From the NCBI GenBank assembly GCA_964016885.1, contig OZ024746.1, positions 99,696,001 to 99,760,000 on the forward strand: a stretch of 64,000 nt of DNA. The letters are read 5' to 3'. Both the position numbers and the translations under genes were made by a program. Shown in pieces: positions 1-11,882 of the stretch. The notes under the pieces are model-generated. The model saw only the letters and a program-made list of their open reading frames with translations, searched no databases and was not told where the DNA came from. Every line of letters starts with the position of its first letter. Positions within the stretch are counted from its first letter, which is position 1. The stretch is from Eledone cirrhosa. Its lineage: Eukaryota.

Positions 1-457
1 ATAAATGTCAAAAAAAGGAACATAAATGTTCTTTTTTATGAATAAGGACCAGTTGAATTTGTTATATTCCCACCAGGCGATACCAACTATTTTGAACATT
101 TATACAAGAGCAACTCTGTCTATCCCAAGAGTGCTCTTATCTGGAAGAAAGTGGCATTTCAAAGCTTTCCAATTTTCCCTTTAATGAAACGGACAGAATA
201 AATGTTGATATCTAATTTGATGTCCCCTCCGCTTTGTGAGCTTAGAGACCATGGAAGAGGGTTTTCATGACCATATAAGAGGGTATATTTATTAGTAAAT
301 GGTAAAATATATACAACAAATGAGTAATTGAATTGTAGTAGATGATTTCCAGTCCAGTCAGACTGCAACTATAAATAAAAAAATTGTTAGTTTGCTTTGT
401 AACAATAGCATATCCAAGTTTTCGGATAAATCAACTTACTTTAACTTTGACCTCATT

Positions 458-1505
458 TCAATGGAACCCTTGACCTTCATGGAGTCTAGCTAACTCTTTG
501 ACGTGAGGCTGAATTTTCCTAAGATGTAGTCAGAGATCTCCACGTGTAATTACATTGTAGCGGTTGCGGGCCTTACTGTGTAGTCTGGAAACAACACCAA
601 ACCTCTTCTCGACTAAGTATGAGCTTGGAAAAGGCAGAGCAAATCTCAGCCTCTGCATGTAAGTGTGAAAATCAACGCTGAATTTCCTCTTGCATCCAAA
701 ATAGGGGTTCACCTATTTTGGGAAATCTAATTTTGATCATGTCATCTGCTTGAAGTTCAATGAATTCTTCCTGAAATTTAACGTCCAAATCGTCGATGGT
801 AGCTATGAAGGGATCTGCTATCCACATTGGGATGTCCATCGGCAAAAGGTCGACAAACCGTTCTTTCGTGTTGTCTTGTAGCGCACGGAGGTGAGCGGCA
901 TAAATTTGGAGATGGTCATTGCTTACAATGTTTTGAACATTGGCGACACTAGGAAAATTATAGAATTCCCGTCAACAAAGATTCCTTTCGATGACATTCA
1001 ATTTGGCCAGGAAGGTTTTCACAGCAGTCCTTGCTTTAAGCAAGGTGATCTTCTTCCCCTGCATAATGACGCTATTGCATTTGTCGAAGATGTCGGCGAG
1101 GTAGGCGCAGTCTTGCCTCACATCGAGGGTTTTCTTGTAGAGTTCTGTGTTGCATCCTCAAAGAAACTCAATGATAGAGTCGAACAGTTCAAAGAAGTGA
1201 GTAAGGCACTTTCCCTTTGAAAGCCACCTCATTTCAGTATGAAGGAGCAACTTGAGGAATTCTTCGTCATTATGTTGGCACAGTTACCGGAAAATTCGTT
1301 CATTGACGGAATGGCGTTTGATAACATTGATGACATCAATGGCCACCTGCAAGGACTTGCTCAGAGGCTTGCTGAATTTCATCGCAGCCAAGTGTTGTCG
1401 ATGAATGACACAATGAACAGCAAATACAGATAGATTTTCTCTCTTCAGAAGAGTGACGAAACCCTTATGTTGGCCGACCATTGCTCTTGTGTCGTCTGTA
1501 GCAAT
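458..1505 (-). mobile_element. Decayed hAT (Charlie/Buster, ZBED5/SCAND3-like) transposase, C-terminal portion
   Basis: Minus-strand peptides: ATDDTRAMVGQHKGF (TDGAxxMxG motif), HCVIHRQHL (CxxH), and LPFPSSYLVEKRF..K.RNR...RGDL*LHLRKIQPHVKELARLHEGQGFH* (hAT dimerisation domain and typical end). Stops and frameshifts present. Confidence 0.85.
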
Positions 1506-1510
1506 GTGTG

Positions 1511-1710
1511 TTGTATGTAGTCCTAGATGCATGTATTACCTGCTTATGTATTGCATGTGGTCCCAGCTGTATGTATTACCTGCTTGTGCGTTGTATGTGG
1601 TCCTAGATAAGTGTATTACCTGCTTATGTGTTGTATGTGGTCCTAGATGTGTGTATTATCTGATTATGTGTTGTATGTGGTCCTAGATGTGCGTGCTACC
1701 CGCTTCTGTG
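1511..1710. repeat. 40-bp minisatellite, about 5 diverged copies
   Basis: Unit ~TTGTATGTGGTCCTAGATGTGTGTATTACCTGCTTATGTG at 40-bp period; abuts the truncation point of the hAT transposase. Confidence 0.85.
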
Positions 1711-2529
1711 TTTTGTCTTTTATTTTTATTTTTTTGTAATATTATTTATACAATAGGGAATAAAATAGATCTACATAGTGTTAACTCGTTACGGTTGAGT
1801 CGATAATTTCAGACATGAAATACATTGTTATCGGTGAAGGAAAGACAAGATTCAAACTGGCTGCGCTAAAGTGTCCTTGACCCAGTTGACTGTGGGTTTT
1901 TCCATTTTTAGGGTCTCTGCACACCTGCTCACACCTGCGGTCAGACCATAGCTATGCTGTCTGTATGGTCATTCAAATGCATTCACACTGGCTGGCTGAG
2001 AGACATACAAATATGGCGGGGGAGGGGGGTGATAGAGAATGAGAGTGGGAGGGACGGGAAGAGAGAGGATGTGAGAGAGAGAGGGGGTAGGGAAAGGAGA
2101 GGGGGGATGAGGAGAGTGGGAGAGAGAGAGAGAGAAAGAGAGTGAGAGAGAGAGAGAAGGACGAATAGAGTGTTAATGAGGGGGAAACGTCAGCAGCCTA
2201 AATAAGGAGAGAGAGGAATGTTGAGGTAAAGGAGACGTCCTTAACTGTGGAAAATGCAGGTTATTTTGATTTGAAATACATATCTTGCAGCAACAAGACG
2301 AGTGTGAGCTAAATAATTGATAGGCTGATTATGAGGGAGTTAATGCAACAGTCAGGGCCGGCAATAGGACCCTGGGGCGTAGTTTTAGAATGGTTAGATT
2401 TTTTGAATTAAATACCTGCATGTATGACTTTTAAATTACAATCCGACCAGAATTCCCTCACCTCTTTCTGTTCAAACTGGCCATAACTGGCTGCTCATAC
2501 TGATGTTAAGGTATTGTTCTCAAAATAAA

Positions 2530-2720
2530 TAATTGTTACTACTTTTGGCACAAGGCCAGCAATTACTCCAGTGTATTACTGGTACTATATTTTATCGACC
2601 CCGTAAGGATGAAAGGCAAAGTTAACCTCGGCGGGATTTGAACTCAGATCATAAAGGGCCGTAACTCTATGCTGTAAAGCATGGCGTCCAACCTCCTACC
2701 GATACTGGCAATCCACCGTT
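2530..2720 (-). mobile_element. tRNA-derived SINE, family A
   Basis: Reverse complement has A-box-like TGGCAGTATCGG and B-box GAGTTCAAATCCC, a conserved central block GCCTTTCATCCTTACGGGGTCGATAAA and tail GGCCTTGTGCC..AGTA. More than 20 copies in the window. Confidence 0.85.
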
Positions 2721-2999
2721 CTCAAAATAAATAACATCAAAACCTCGTAGATTCGATATTATGTGAGATAAAGTGTTTACCATGAAAATATAATAGTAAA
2801 TATAGAGTAATGTAAATGGTAAATGGACAACAGTGTGTGTGTGTATGTGTATGTGTATGTACGCGTATGCTAACGCCAAGTTAACTTTGATATGGAAAAT
2901 TGGGGTTTGCTGTGTATTGTAATTCTTTGTGTATGCAAACCTGAAGTGGCACGGGGCCCTCCAAGGTCTCACTCTGGCCCTGGCTAGAACTGTGAAACC

Positions 3000-3153
3000 T
3001 TGCAAGCATTCATTTCAACTCTTCTTATTAGTAACTTCCTTGTTTCTTTCCAGGGACTATGTTGAAAAATAAACCTCATTTGGCCATTCCATGAGAGTAT
3101 CTTGGTCAAACTATGTACATTTCAGCCTATAGACCGTTCAGCCGACCCTCGTA
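3000..3153 (+). mobile_element. Partial mariner-type MITE (right part)
   Basis: Matches the element at 24935-25135 and ends TTCAGCCGACCCTCGTA. Confidence 0.7.
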
Positions 3154-3179
3154 CACATACAGACACACACAAACTCACA

Positions 3180-3224
<45 letters not shown>

Positions 3225-3664
3225 ACATAGACACACACAGACACACTCACACACACACACACATACACACAGACAGACACACACACATACACACAAACAC
3301 ACACACACACACTCACACACACACACACAGCCCCACACACACACACACGACACGCACACACACACTCACACATTCACACACATACACACACATACTCACA
3401 CACACACACACTCACTCACTCACTCACTCACTCACTCACTCACTCACACACACACACACACACCAACCAATGTCCTTGTCTAAATATTTCAAATTTCAAA
3501 TGTTATAACTTAAAATACCATAAATTCTCTCCATGATACAATAAAGCTATGGAGATAGGTTTAGGTCTGTTGATGTCTTACTGTGTGTGTGTCTGTGTGT
3601 GTGTGTGTCTCTTTGTGTCTGTGTCTCTGTTTGTCTGTGTGTCTGTGTGTCTGTGTGTGTGTGT

Positions 3665-3701
<37 letters not shown>

Positions 3702-4247
3702 TGTGTGTGTCTGCGTCTGTGTGTCTGTGTGTGTGTGTATGTGTGTGTCTGTGTGTCTGTGTGTGTGTGTCTGTGTCTCTGTGTCTGTGTATGTGTGTGT
3801 GTCTCTCTGTGTCTGTGTCTCTGTGTGTCTGTGTGTCTGTGTGTGTGTGTGTCTGTATGTGTGTGTGTGTGTCTGTGTGTGTCTGTGTCTATGTGTCTGT
3901 GTGTGTGTGTCTGTGTCTGTGTGTCTGTGTGTGTGTGTGTGTGTCTGTGTCTGTGTGTGTCTGTGTGTCTGTGTGTGTCTGTGTGTGTCTGTGTGTCTGT
4001 GTGTGTCTGTGTGTGTGTGTATGTGTGTGTCTGTGTGTGTATGTGTGTGTCTGTGTGTGTCTGTGTGTGTGTGTATGTGTGTGTCTGTGTGTGTCTGTGT
4101 GTGTGTGTGTGTCTGTGTCTGTGTGTGTCTGTGTGTCTGTGTGTGTCTGTGTGTGTGTGTATGTGTGTGTCTGTGTGTGTCTGTGTGTGTGTGTGTATGT
4201 GTGTGTCTGTGTGTGTCTGTGTGTGTGTGTATGTGTGTGTCTGTGTC
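3153..4247. repeat. (CA)n tract (3153-3465) and (TG/TC)n compound microsatellite (3582-4247)
   Basis: Seen directly; explains the HT/CV ORFs. Confidence 0.95.
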
Positions 4248-4359
4248 TAGGTGACTGAATTGAAGATTCACAAATAAAAACCATGGCAAATTCTTTGAGT
4301 TTAAAAAATTGAAGAACAATTAATAAATTTGTAATAATTAATAAATTATTTCTTGCCCT

Positions 4360-4468
4360 AGGGTCACCTCCTTACTCACCACCATAGGTGCTGAGCTGGC
4401 TAGCTGCAGGTGTGAGCCTCGCCAGATGGAATGGCTCTTCCAACACATCTTCCTCACTATCCTCCGTA
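4360..4468 (+). mobile_element. CRE-like RLE retrotransposon 3' ORF fragment (subfamily 1)
   Basis: Homologous to 23940-24265 (encodes ..TSLLTTIGAELASCRCEPRQMEWLFQHIFLTILR). Confidence 0.7.
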
Positions 4469-4719
4469 TCTATAACATTTCAATTCCAATTAATTGTGCC
4501 AAGCTAACTTTGATAAGTAAAATTGGGGGGAGGGGGGTGCTGTTTATTCTAATTGTTTGTGTATGAAGGGCCCTTCAAACCTGAAGTACCCCCAAGGTCT
4601 AAATCCAACCCTGCTTTCATTTGTAACTTTCTATCATTGATTGCTTGGCTACGACAGACTTTATTATTGCTATGTGACACTCTCCCAACACAATTGTTGT
4701 CATACCACCCCATTGCCTG

Positions 4720-4930
4720 CTCTCAGTTGAAATCCCGCCCTGGTCAACTTTGCCTTTCATGCTTTTGAGGTCGATAAAAAAGTACCAGTCTAGTACTGAG
4801 GTTGATTCTTCTTCTATAGAAACAATCGACTGTGTTCAGACGTGGAGAGGGTTGGGCTCTGTCAGGTTTAAAAGTGCCCTAGACACGCCGTCTGCCGATG
4901 CCTCTACGACTCCACAAGGAGTTAGGAGAT
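4720..4930 (+). mobile_element. SINE family A' (same central block, different tail)
   Basis: GCCTTTCATGCTTTTGAGGTCGATAAAAAAGTACCAG plus a tail shared with 54600-54820 (+) and 62090-62285 (-). Confidence 0.7.
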
Positions 4931-5744
4931 CTTTATCCCCCTCTCTCCTCCTCAATGTTTTAGAAAAACAATTTCCCGGAAATAACAACTGACAACAAAC
5001 ACGCAAGGACAGTTGCTTGTATTTAAAGCAACAGCCACATTGGATATCACAACAACCATTGAACCAAACTCTTCAACGACTGCTTCCTTCTACCATGGCA
5101 GCATCACAGCCACAACACTGGGAACACACACATTCTTCACGTATGACCATTCACTTCTGCCTCATCACTCCTACAACAATGAACAACAAATCCTATCAGC
5201 CGCCTTAAAGATATACTGGTTATATTTAATTAGCTGACCTCACAGACAAGTGTGAAACCATCGGAAGTTTATACACTGGTATATTTGTTTATAGAGATAA
5301 GTATTCAACTTGAAACTGTGTTACAAAAAACATACACAAATGTTGACAAAATGCCTTTCGAAGAATTCCTTTCAAAATAAGAAAAGTAAGCAATATCTTG
5401 AATATAATGGAGTAGGAGACGATAGTTACTATATGGAGTAAAATGATATGTACAAATAAGAAGAAACATTTAAGGAATTTAATAATACAAAAATAAAGGT
5501 AAATTAAAACCAAATTTAAAAAAAAGTAACTAGAAGTGCTAAAAAACGAGAATAAAATTATAATTAAAATAATAGTTTAATCTTTTCAAATGTCAGCTGG
5601 TCATTGACGGATAAAACGAGAGATTGAAGAAGAAAACACATCACGTTGAGTGCTTACAGGAGAGGAAAAGTAGGGAAAGGGCTAAAACTGCCAAGAAGCG
5701 AAAGAGAGGGGGGAAGAGAGAGAGTGACAGACCCTACACCTAAG

Positions 5745-5945
5745 TCAGAGTGATGTTTCGGCTGCGCCCCGCGGACGAAATGGGGAAGGCATTGCCGCGG
5801 ACAATGGCCACCCCACCTCGCAGTGTTCCTGCCTCAGACGAGGTGTTGTAATTTCGATTTTACGGAGGAGGTCAGCTGTATGGGGTTCGAGGACGATCGA
5901 GGTCTCCACGGGGACCAGTGCAAAGAGGAAGCGGCCGCACAAGCC
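5745..5945 (-). mobile_element. CRE-like RLE retrotransposon 3' fragment (subfamily 2)
   Basis: RFLFALVPVETSIVLEPHTADLLRKI, followed by an AIVRGNAF-like segment. Confidence 0.75.
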
Positions 5946-6197
5946 CCGCTATTCGCTTATTTTAAAGACAAATTTGAAAACAGAATAAGACTGAAAACTT
6001 TTCCGTCTATTTTATTCACAAAGTTGGCTTAAAAACTTTGATAATTACATAAATATTCTTTTTATTCTTCTACTTTCTTATTATCTTAGAATATTTTTAC
6101 CGAGCACGCATTGTTGGGCTTCCATATAACCAAATGTTTTTCTTAGTAGTATTTGTATCTCATATTACACAATGCTTCAAGCATATTACACAATGCT

Positions 6198-6410
6198 TCA
6201 AGCAACCGGCTCTTCCAGCACATCCCACTTACCATCCTCCGGGGAAACGCCATCTCCATTCTGTCCGCCGGGGCTGAAGGGCGGCCAGCAAGTGGGACTC
6301 CATTTGCTCACTATATAGAGAGATGGAGAGGGCGAGAGAGATGGCGGAGATGGCGGTGGGAGTTCGGCTCTTCCGTGTTGGGACACATTGCACCTGTCAA
6401 GAGTGTATTT
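6198..6410 (+). mobile_element. CRE-like RLE retrotransposon ORF end plus 3' UTR (subfamily 1)
   Basis: LFQHIPLTILRGNAISILSAG followed by a conserved 3' UTR (GGGAGTTCGGCTCTTCCGTGTT..GACACATTGCACCTGTCAAGAG). Confidence 0.8.
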
Positions 6411-7369
6411 TGATGTAGTTTTAGCTGATATTTCCGAATGGTCAGTGATTTCATTAATCACCTGTCGTGTCTACACCTTAGTAATTTCACTAATTTTATT
6501 GAGCGAATGTTTTTGACAGTCTTTCTAGCAAATATATTTTTTAAGGATATTTTAGGGTCGGAGTTATGAGTGGTGATGTATAGGACCCAGAATTACTGCT
6601 GGCCCTCTAAGTTATTCTGGGTGACGTCAGTGCCAGTCAGTTATCCAGTTAATATATAAAAGGGAAGAAAGGCCGTATGAATAGAAAGAGGGGTGTTGAA
6701 TTTACAGCAATTACTCTCGGGTCATAAAATAATAGACTGTGTGAGGAACAAGCAAGAGGTGGAATGTAATTAGCGGGGGAGTTGGAATAAACGGACGGAG
6801 GTCGGGGATTTTTCTAGGTTGTCTCTCTTGATTTAAAAAAAAGAAAGAATTATTGAGGCCCCAACCCATCATATTTATTTTATAATTAGTAATGTAGTGG
6901 GTCGTCAAGTATGAAATTTGTTGAAATTTGTAGAAAAAAAAAACCAAATTTCTACAAATTTCATATTTGACGACCCACTACTTTTTCTGCCATGTATAAT
7001 GATTTTTTAATGTATAATGAAAATTAAAATAAAATTCCGCCGGAGATTGATTAGCAAAATTTAATGAGCGGCGGAGGGGGATTTGAAAAATGAATAACCA
7101 GGGTTGGGGTGATTATTCGAGACCCGCGAGTAGATATAGAGGGTTAAAAATGATTGAAGAATAAATTTCGAATTAGTGAATGAATATGTATAAATTAGAT
7201 AGAATGTGCTTGTTCGGTCAGGAACTTCTGGATATTTCTCTCGCTGAATGGAAAGAATTAATAAATACTTATCTAAAAAAAAAAAAATCAATTCTTATGA
7301 TTCAGTTTTTTATTTAATTTTCTAATTTATTTTTTTAGTTTTACATTCAGTAGATTTAGAAGAAACTGA

Positions 7370-7715
7370 ACTCAAATGAACCAGCATGGCTGGAACTAGG
7401 GGGCGGCGAAAGGCCAAACGACATGAAAATCTCTCCGTTCCATCGGAGTAGGCTCCTCATCTGGGGTGCTACAAGCTGTGACACCTACTCAAGTGGCAAC
7501 CAGGTGCCTTTAGCTACCAGCACAGGCTCAAGTATCGTCCGCTCTCGGGTATGTTTGTGGTAGAGCCTGTAGCAGTGGAGATTTCTGGCGTTCTTGGGCC
7601 CCGGATCACATCCCTACTCACTGCTATAGAAGCAGAGTTAGCAACTCGCAAGTGCGCACCCCACGTGCTCCAACCTGTCGATCGGGACCCAGAGGGGGAG
7701 TGTAAGTTAGTTGGT
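7370..7715 (+). mobile_element. CRE-like RLE endonuclease fragment including degenerate RPDG core
   Basis: EPAWLELGGGERPNDMKISPFHRSRLLIWGATSCDT...KYRPLSGMFVVEPVAVEISGVLGP matches the pattern EPxGLxxxDGKRPDGxTxxPWxxGxxLxWDxTxxDT...KY...PxAVETxG. Confidence 0.75.
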
Positions 7716-7879
7716 AGTGGAAGATACTTGTTCGGACGTCACTTTTATACATATATTTTGAGTGCCTTTTTAACTGCTGTATATATATAGCTTTATAATT
7801 CAATATTTTTGTTGAAAACAACACAGACTTGCAGATAACTTCCTAATACTTCTCTGTAGAGAATAAACTCTTGGGCCAT

Positions 7880-8463
7880 TTAATAGGAATAGTTATATAT
7901 TTATTGCTATCATTCTGATCACTGTCCCACTCACACGTTAGTCTCTGTGTAACCCTGTACACTTTTAACAACCTTCTAGGCAACAAATCCTTTCGCCACA
8001 ATGTCCCAACAGAACCCGGGGAAACGCCTTCTCCATTCTGTCCGCCGGGGCTGTGGGGTGGCCAGCAAGTGGGACCCCATTTGCTCATAATAGTGAGGGA
8101 TGGGGAGGGCGAGAGAGATGGGGGCGATAACGGTTGCGAGGTGACCCCCAACCAAGCTTCCGAACAACAGGGTAATGTCTTTGAAATAAATCACCAATTT
8201 CGACTGGGGGGTAGCCGCCTTTCACGTTATCCCGAGGATCTTCTTGTTCATCATCATCAGATTTCTTCATCTTCTTTTACACAGGGTCACTTGTGCGTAT
8301 CATCAGACCAATCAGTGCCACTAGAGGACTCCGTTCCACGGCGAGAATCATGATGCCTAGCTTGCTTTCTCGAGTGTTTCTTTTCTTTGAATCTTGCTTT
8401 TGCCTTCGACCGTTTTTTCCTCGCCTGGTGTGCCAGGGCTTTGCGAGGTATTTCGGAGTTTAT
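7880..8463 (-). pseudogene. SRPK: Processed pseudogene (5' part) of SR-protein-specific kinase
   Basis: Intron-less minus-strand translation: (I)NSEIPRKALAHQARKKRSKAK...EDEEI/[44 protein letters not shown][insert]FCWDIVAKGFVA*KVVKSVQGYTET/..CEWDSDQNDSNK. This matches the SRPK N-terminus and kinase subdomains I-III; stops and deletions present. Confidence 0.9.
8016..8128 (+). mobile_element. Internal CRE-like fragment inserted in the SRPK pseudogene
   Basis: CCGGGGAAACGCCTTCTCCATTCTGTCCGCCGGGGCTG...GGGGCGAT, homologous to other copies; lies between SRPK codons ATV and FCWD. Confidence 0.85.
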
Positions 8464-8679
8464 CTGCTGCCTCTTCTCATACGAGAATGTGTAATAGCAA
8501 AGATGAAAGTATAATAAACCAAAGACAGGTGGGGCATGGCGGCAATTCTATGTTTGTCAAAATACTGACAGAAAAAAGCGAGAAATGATTCGCTTTCTCT
8601 TCCTTCCTCTCCTACACCCCTTCTATACCCTTCACCTTCTTATTCATCTTCCTGCTTTCCATTATCGTTTACATCAAGG

Positions 8680-8865
8680 ACAGCGGAGTGGCAGTATCGG
8701 TGGAGGGGCGGACGCCATGCTTTGCAGCATAAAGTTACGTCCCTTTACGATCTGAGTTCAAATCCCGCCGAGGTTGACTTTGCCTTTCATCCTTACAGGG
8801 TCGATAAAATAAGTACCAGTAATGCACTGGGTTATTGCTGGCCTTGTGCCAAAAGTAGAAACATT
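8680..8865 (+). mobile_element. SINE family A
   Basis: Near full-length copy with A box, B box and tail; followed by (TTC)n at 8880-8947. Confidence 0.85.
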
Positions 8866-9107
8866 TATCATCTACATCGTTCTTCTTCTTCTTCTTCTTC
8901 TTCTTCTTCTTCTTCTTCTTCTTCTTCTTCTTCTTCTTCTTCTTCTTGACACTTGCTTTCCCCTCCCCCTCTAAACAACCCAACCTCAAACCTATGTATG
9001 TCGAATATATATATATGTGTATGTATATATATATATATGATGTATGATGCGTGTGTGTGTGTGTATATATATATATACATCATACACACACACACACACA
9101 TGTGTAT

Positions 9108-9141
<34 letters not shown>

Positions 9142-9148
9142 CTATATA

Positions 9149-9197
<49 letters not shown>

Positions 9198-9258
9198 TAT
9201 ATGTGATATATATAGATATATATATATGTGTGTGTGTGCATGCCCATATGTGGTCTGT

Positions 9259-9354
9259 ACCCCTTGATAAGTTCAGCTAGGTCCCTGCCGTCATAATACT
9301 ACTGGTTTAGTTTGAATCTAGCTGTCGAAACGGCCGGAGCTCAGCCGTCGGGGT
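9259..9354 (+). ncRNA. Type I hammerhead ribozyme motif, U3-A8 variant, in a PLE pseudo-LTR (pLTR)-like repeat (9250-9445)
   Basis: acccc-TTGATAA-g..cagctag[insert]ctagctg.c-GAAA-cggc..gccg-TC-ggggt: stems I, II and III pair, with a GUC triplet. Confidence 0.8.
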
Positions 9355-9445
9355 CTAAACTCTTTTCCTATTTCCCACTCTACTACCCTAAGTATCGAGT
9401 ACTCTGGTGCGTTATGGTCCACCTGGTTCCTTACAACACTTTTTT

Positions 9446-9520
<75 letters not shown>

Positions 9521-9596
9521 TTATATATATATGTGTGTGAGTCTGTGTGTCTGTGCATATATATATATGATGTATATATGCATATATGATGTATGT

Positions 9597-9684
<88 letters not shown>

Positions 9685-10076
9685 ATAAATATTAACTGGT
9701 AATTATATTTTGGAGTTTGCTCAGAGCCATAGATTTTGGTGAGATAATGATCTCTGTGAGACAGTATTTCTAACATTCTTACCTCACGCCATATCACATA
9801 GGAAGCATAGACTATTTTCGTCGCAAGTCAAACATCTATAAGTTGTTGAGTGGTTACGAAACATTCTTAATATTTCCCTGTGATATGAGGGAAGAAAATA
9901 AAGTTTACTTAATCAGAAGAACTTTACAAGGGCTATTTTTGGCGGTAGAGTTGGCAGATCCCATTTGATGCAATCGGTGCCATGCACGACTGATAAGCGA
10001 AATATATGTTGTTTAGCTTCGATGATAGGTGTGTTTCCTCTACCATCTACGCACTTGTAATTATTACACGCACACA

Positions 10077-10203
<127 letters not shown>

Positions 10204-10344
10204 GATCAAGTGAGGTGATAATATACAACTGTATAAGGCAGACAGATATTCAAAGCTCTCATGCAATTGTGTTATCTGCAGTAAGATTGACAGTATTTCA
10301 CGATTCTTAACGTTTTCCCAACTATATGTAAAGCTTTCATAATA

Positions 10345-10690
10345 CAGCCATTAGTATGAGAATACATTCTTGACAGGTATCCAAACACGGAAGAGCCGTA
10401 CTCCTACCGTCATCGCCCTCCCCATCTCTCTGCATGGTGAGCAAATGGGGTCCCACGTGCTGGTCTCCCCACAGCCCCGGTGGACAGAATAGAGAAGGCG
10501 TTTCCCCGGAGGATGGTAAGGGAGACGCACTGGAAGAGCCATTCCAACTCGCGAGGCTCACACCTGCGGCTGGCCAGCTCAGCGCCTATGGTGGTGAGTA
10601 GGGAGGTAGACGTAGAGCCAAGGACACCAGAAGTCTCCACTGCCAAGGCCACGACCGCAAACCTGTCGGAGAGCGACCGGTACTTGGAGA
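10345..10690 (-). mobile_element. CRE-like RLE retrotransposon 3' end (subfamily 1)
   Basis: KYRSLSDRFAVVALAVETSGVLGSTSTSLLTTIGAELASRRCEPRELEWLFQCVSLTILRGNAFSILSTG plus 3' UTR. Confidence 0.85.
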
Positions 10691-10774
10691 GGTTGTTTAC
10701 GTTTTTCGAATGTTTCGTGTTTGGAGTCACTCGACAAGCTGTTGGTAAAAAGATATATTTCTTATATTATCTAA

Positions 10775-10995
10775 TGACTGATGAATTCCTTACAGAGGAA
10801 TATAATCCTACCCCATTCTGTATTGAATGAAACATGTATAGATCAATTAAGTAACGTATTAAACCTTGGTTATTTATTCATTACACACAAGCCTCCACCT
10901 ATAGTTTTTAAAAACCTTATTAAGAACATTAGTAAGAGGGTTTCCAACGTCTCCTCTAGCAAAGCCATATTTGATAGGGCGGCACCCTACTATAA
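10775..10995 (+). mobile_element. Penelope-like fragment: decayed hammerhead motif (10778-10840) plus RT thumb fragment
   Basis: CTGATGA-attc..gaat-GAAA-catg-TA with weak stem I. Downstream peptide HKPPPIVFKNLIKNISKRVSNVSSSKAIFDRAAPYYN is homologous to the 19977-21370 ORF. Confidence 0.75.
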
Positions 10996-11069
10996 TTCAA
11001 GGCCATCCTTATTTTTATTTTTCTCATGACAGGCGAAATAAGTTGGTGTCACTGTTGTAATTATTTATA

Positions 11070-11282
11070 TCTAAAAGCCTAAAGCCTGTCTTAAGCCAGA
11101 AGGCTCATTTGGCTGGTACTTATCCCGGTTCCATGGCGTGAAGCGACTGAGTGTACTAGAATCCCCCTGGACAGGACGCCAGTCCATCGCAGGGTTAAAC
11201 CCCCAGCTGTTGCTGGTATTCTGGAGCAACGTGAAATGAAGTGTTGTGCTGAAGAACACAACGCGTGACCCAGAAATTGAAT
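11070..11282 (-). mobile_element. SINE family B fragment
   Basis: CTGGAGCAACGTGAAATGAAGTGT..GCT.AAGAACACAAC block shared with 41605-41725, 44425-44750 and 60920-61085. Confidence 0.7.
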
Positions 11283-11379
11283 TAGATAAGGAAGAAACAA
11301 ATAACTTGTTACAATGTGAGGGTAAGACGCATGGAGTGGTGGGTAAAAGATACATAGTAAAAGAAGGGGGGATAATCAA

Positions 11380-11882
11380 TCTTAACTATAATAAAGAAAG
11401 GAGTGCGGGTTTGCGTCCAGAATATTTTTTTTTTTACCCCGTTTGTAAAATAAGTTAGATTACTTTGAATAAATAATGAATGAATATTACATAATTTATG
11501 TGCTAAATTTCGTGGCTGTTGATTAAATATATTTTATAGCTTATTTAAAGACCTTTAAAATTCACTTCTTTAAAATTTTTAAATGTCAACACTTCCGGTT
11601 AGCGGCCGTTATATTGTAACACTTATAATCGCATATATTTCCGTCGCTAATTTTCTCCTAATGCAGTTTATATATAATATCGTCTTTTTTAATGTATCAT
11701 GGATTACGTTACTGATTACAGAAGACAGTGTAACACAGTCTTCGTTCAATTTCTGTGTATATTGTCAATTACGATTTTATTTGATGTATCATATCTACAT
11801 GTATATATACTTGCGTATAATATCAATATACACACTATATATGCTAGAAGAAAACCACCCGTAGGGTGGTTTTTCTGGTAGT
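11380..11882 (+). mobile_element. Putative non-autonomous Helitron
   Basis: Starts TC..CTATAATAAAG; ends with hairpin AGAAAACCACCC-GTA-GGGTGGTTTTCT then GGTAGT (CTAG-like end). The first ~140 bp recur inverted at 21372-21520. Confidence 0.55.

Noticed and set aside
159-440. Possible minus-strand exon with flanking GTAAGT donor and polypyrimidine-AG acceptor
   Set aside because: The upstream 'exon' is the end of the hAT transposase, and the 69-aa ORF has no recognisable homology.
3113-4319. HT/CV-rich ORFs (also YI-rich ORFs at 35687-36925 and 58533-59603, and HT/CV-rich ORFs at 48399-49078)
   Set aside because: Microsatellite translations.
7880-8463. Functional SRPK exon
   Set aside because: In-frame stops, deletions, an insertion just after the Gly-rich loop, and no start codon.
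8680-8775. tRNA gene
   Set aside because: A and B boxes are present, but there is no cloverleaf or acceptor stem and the sequence continues into the SINE body.
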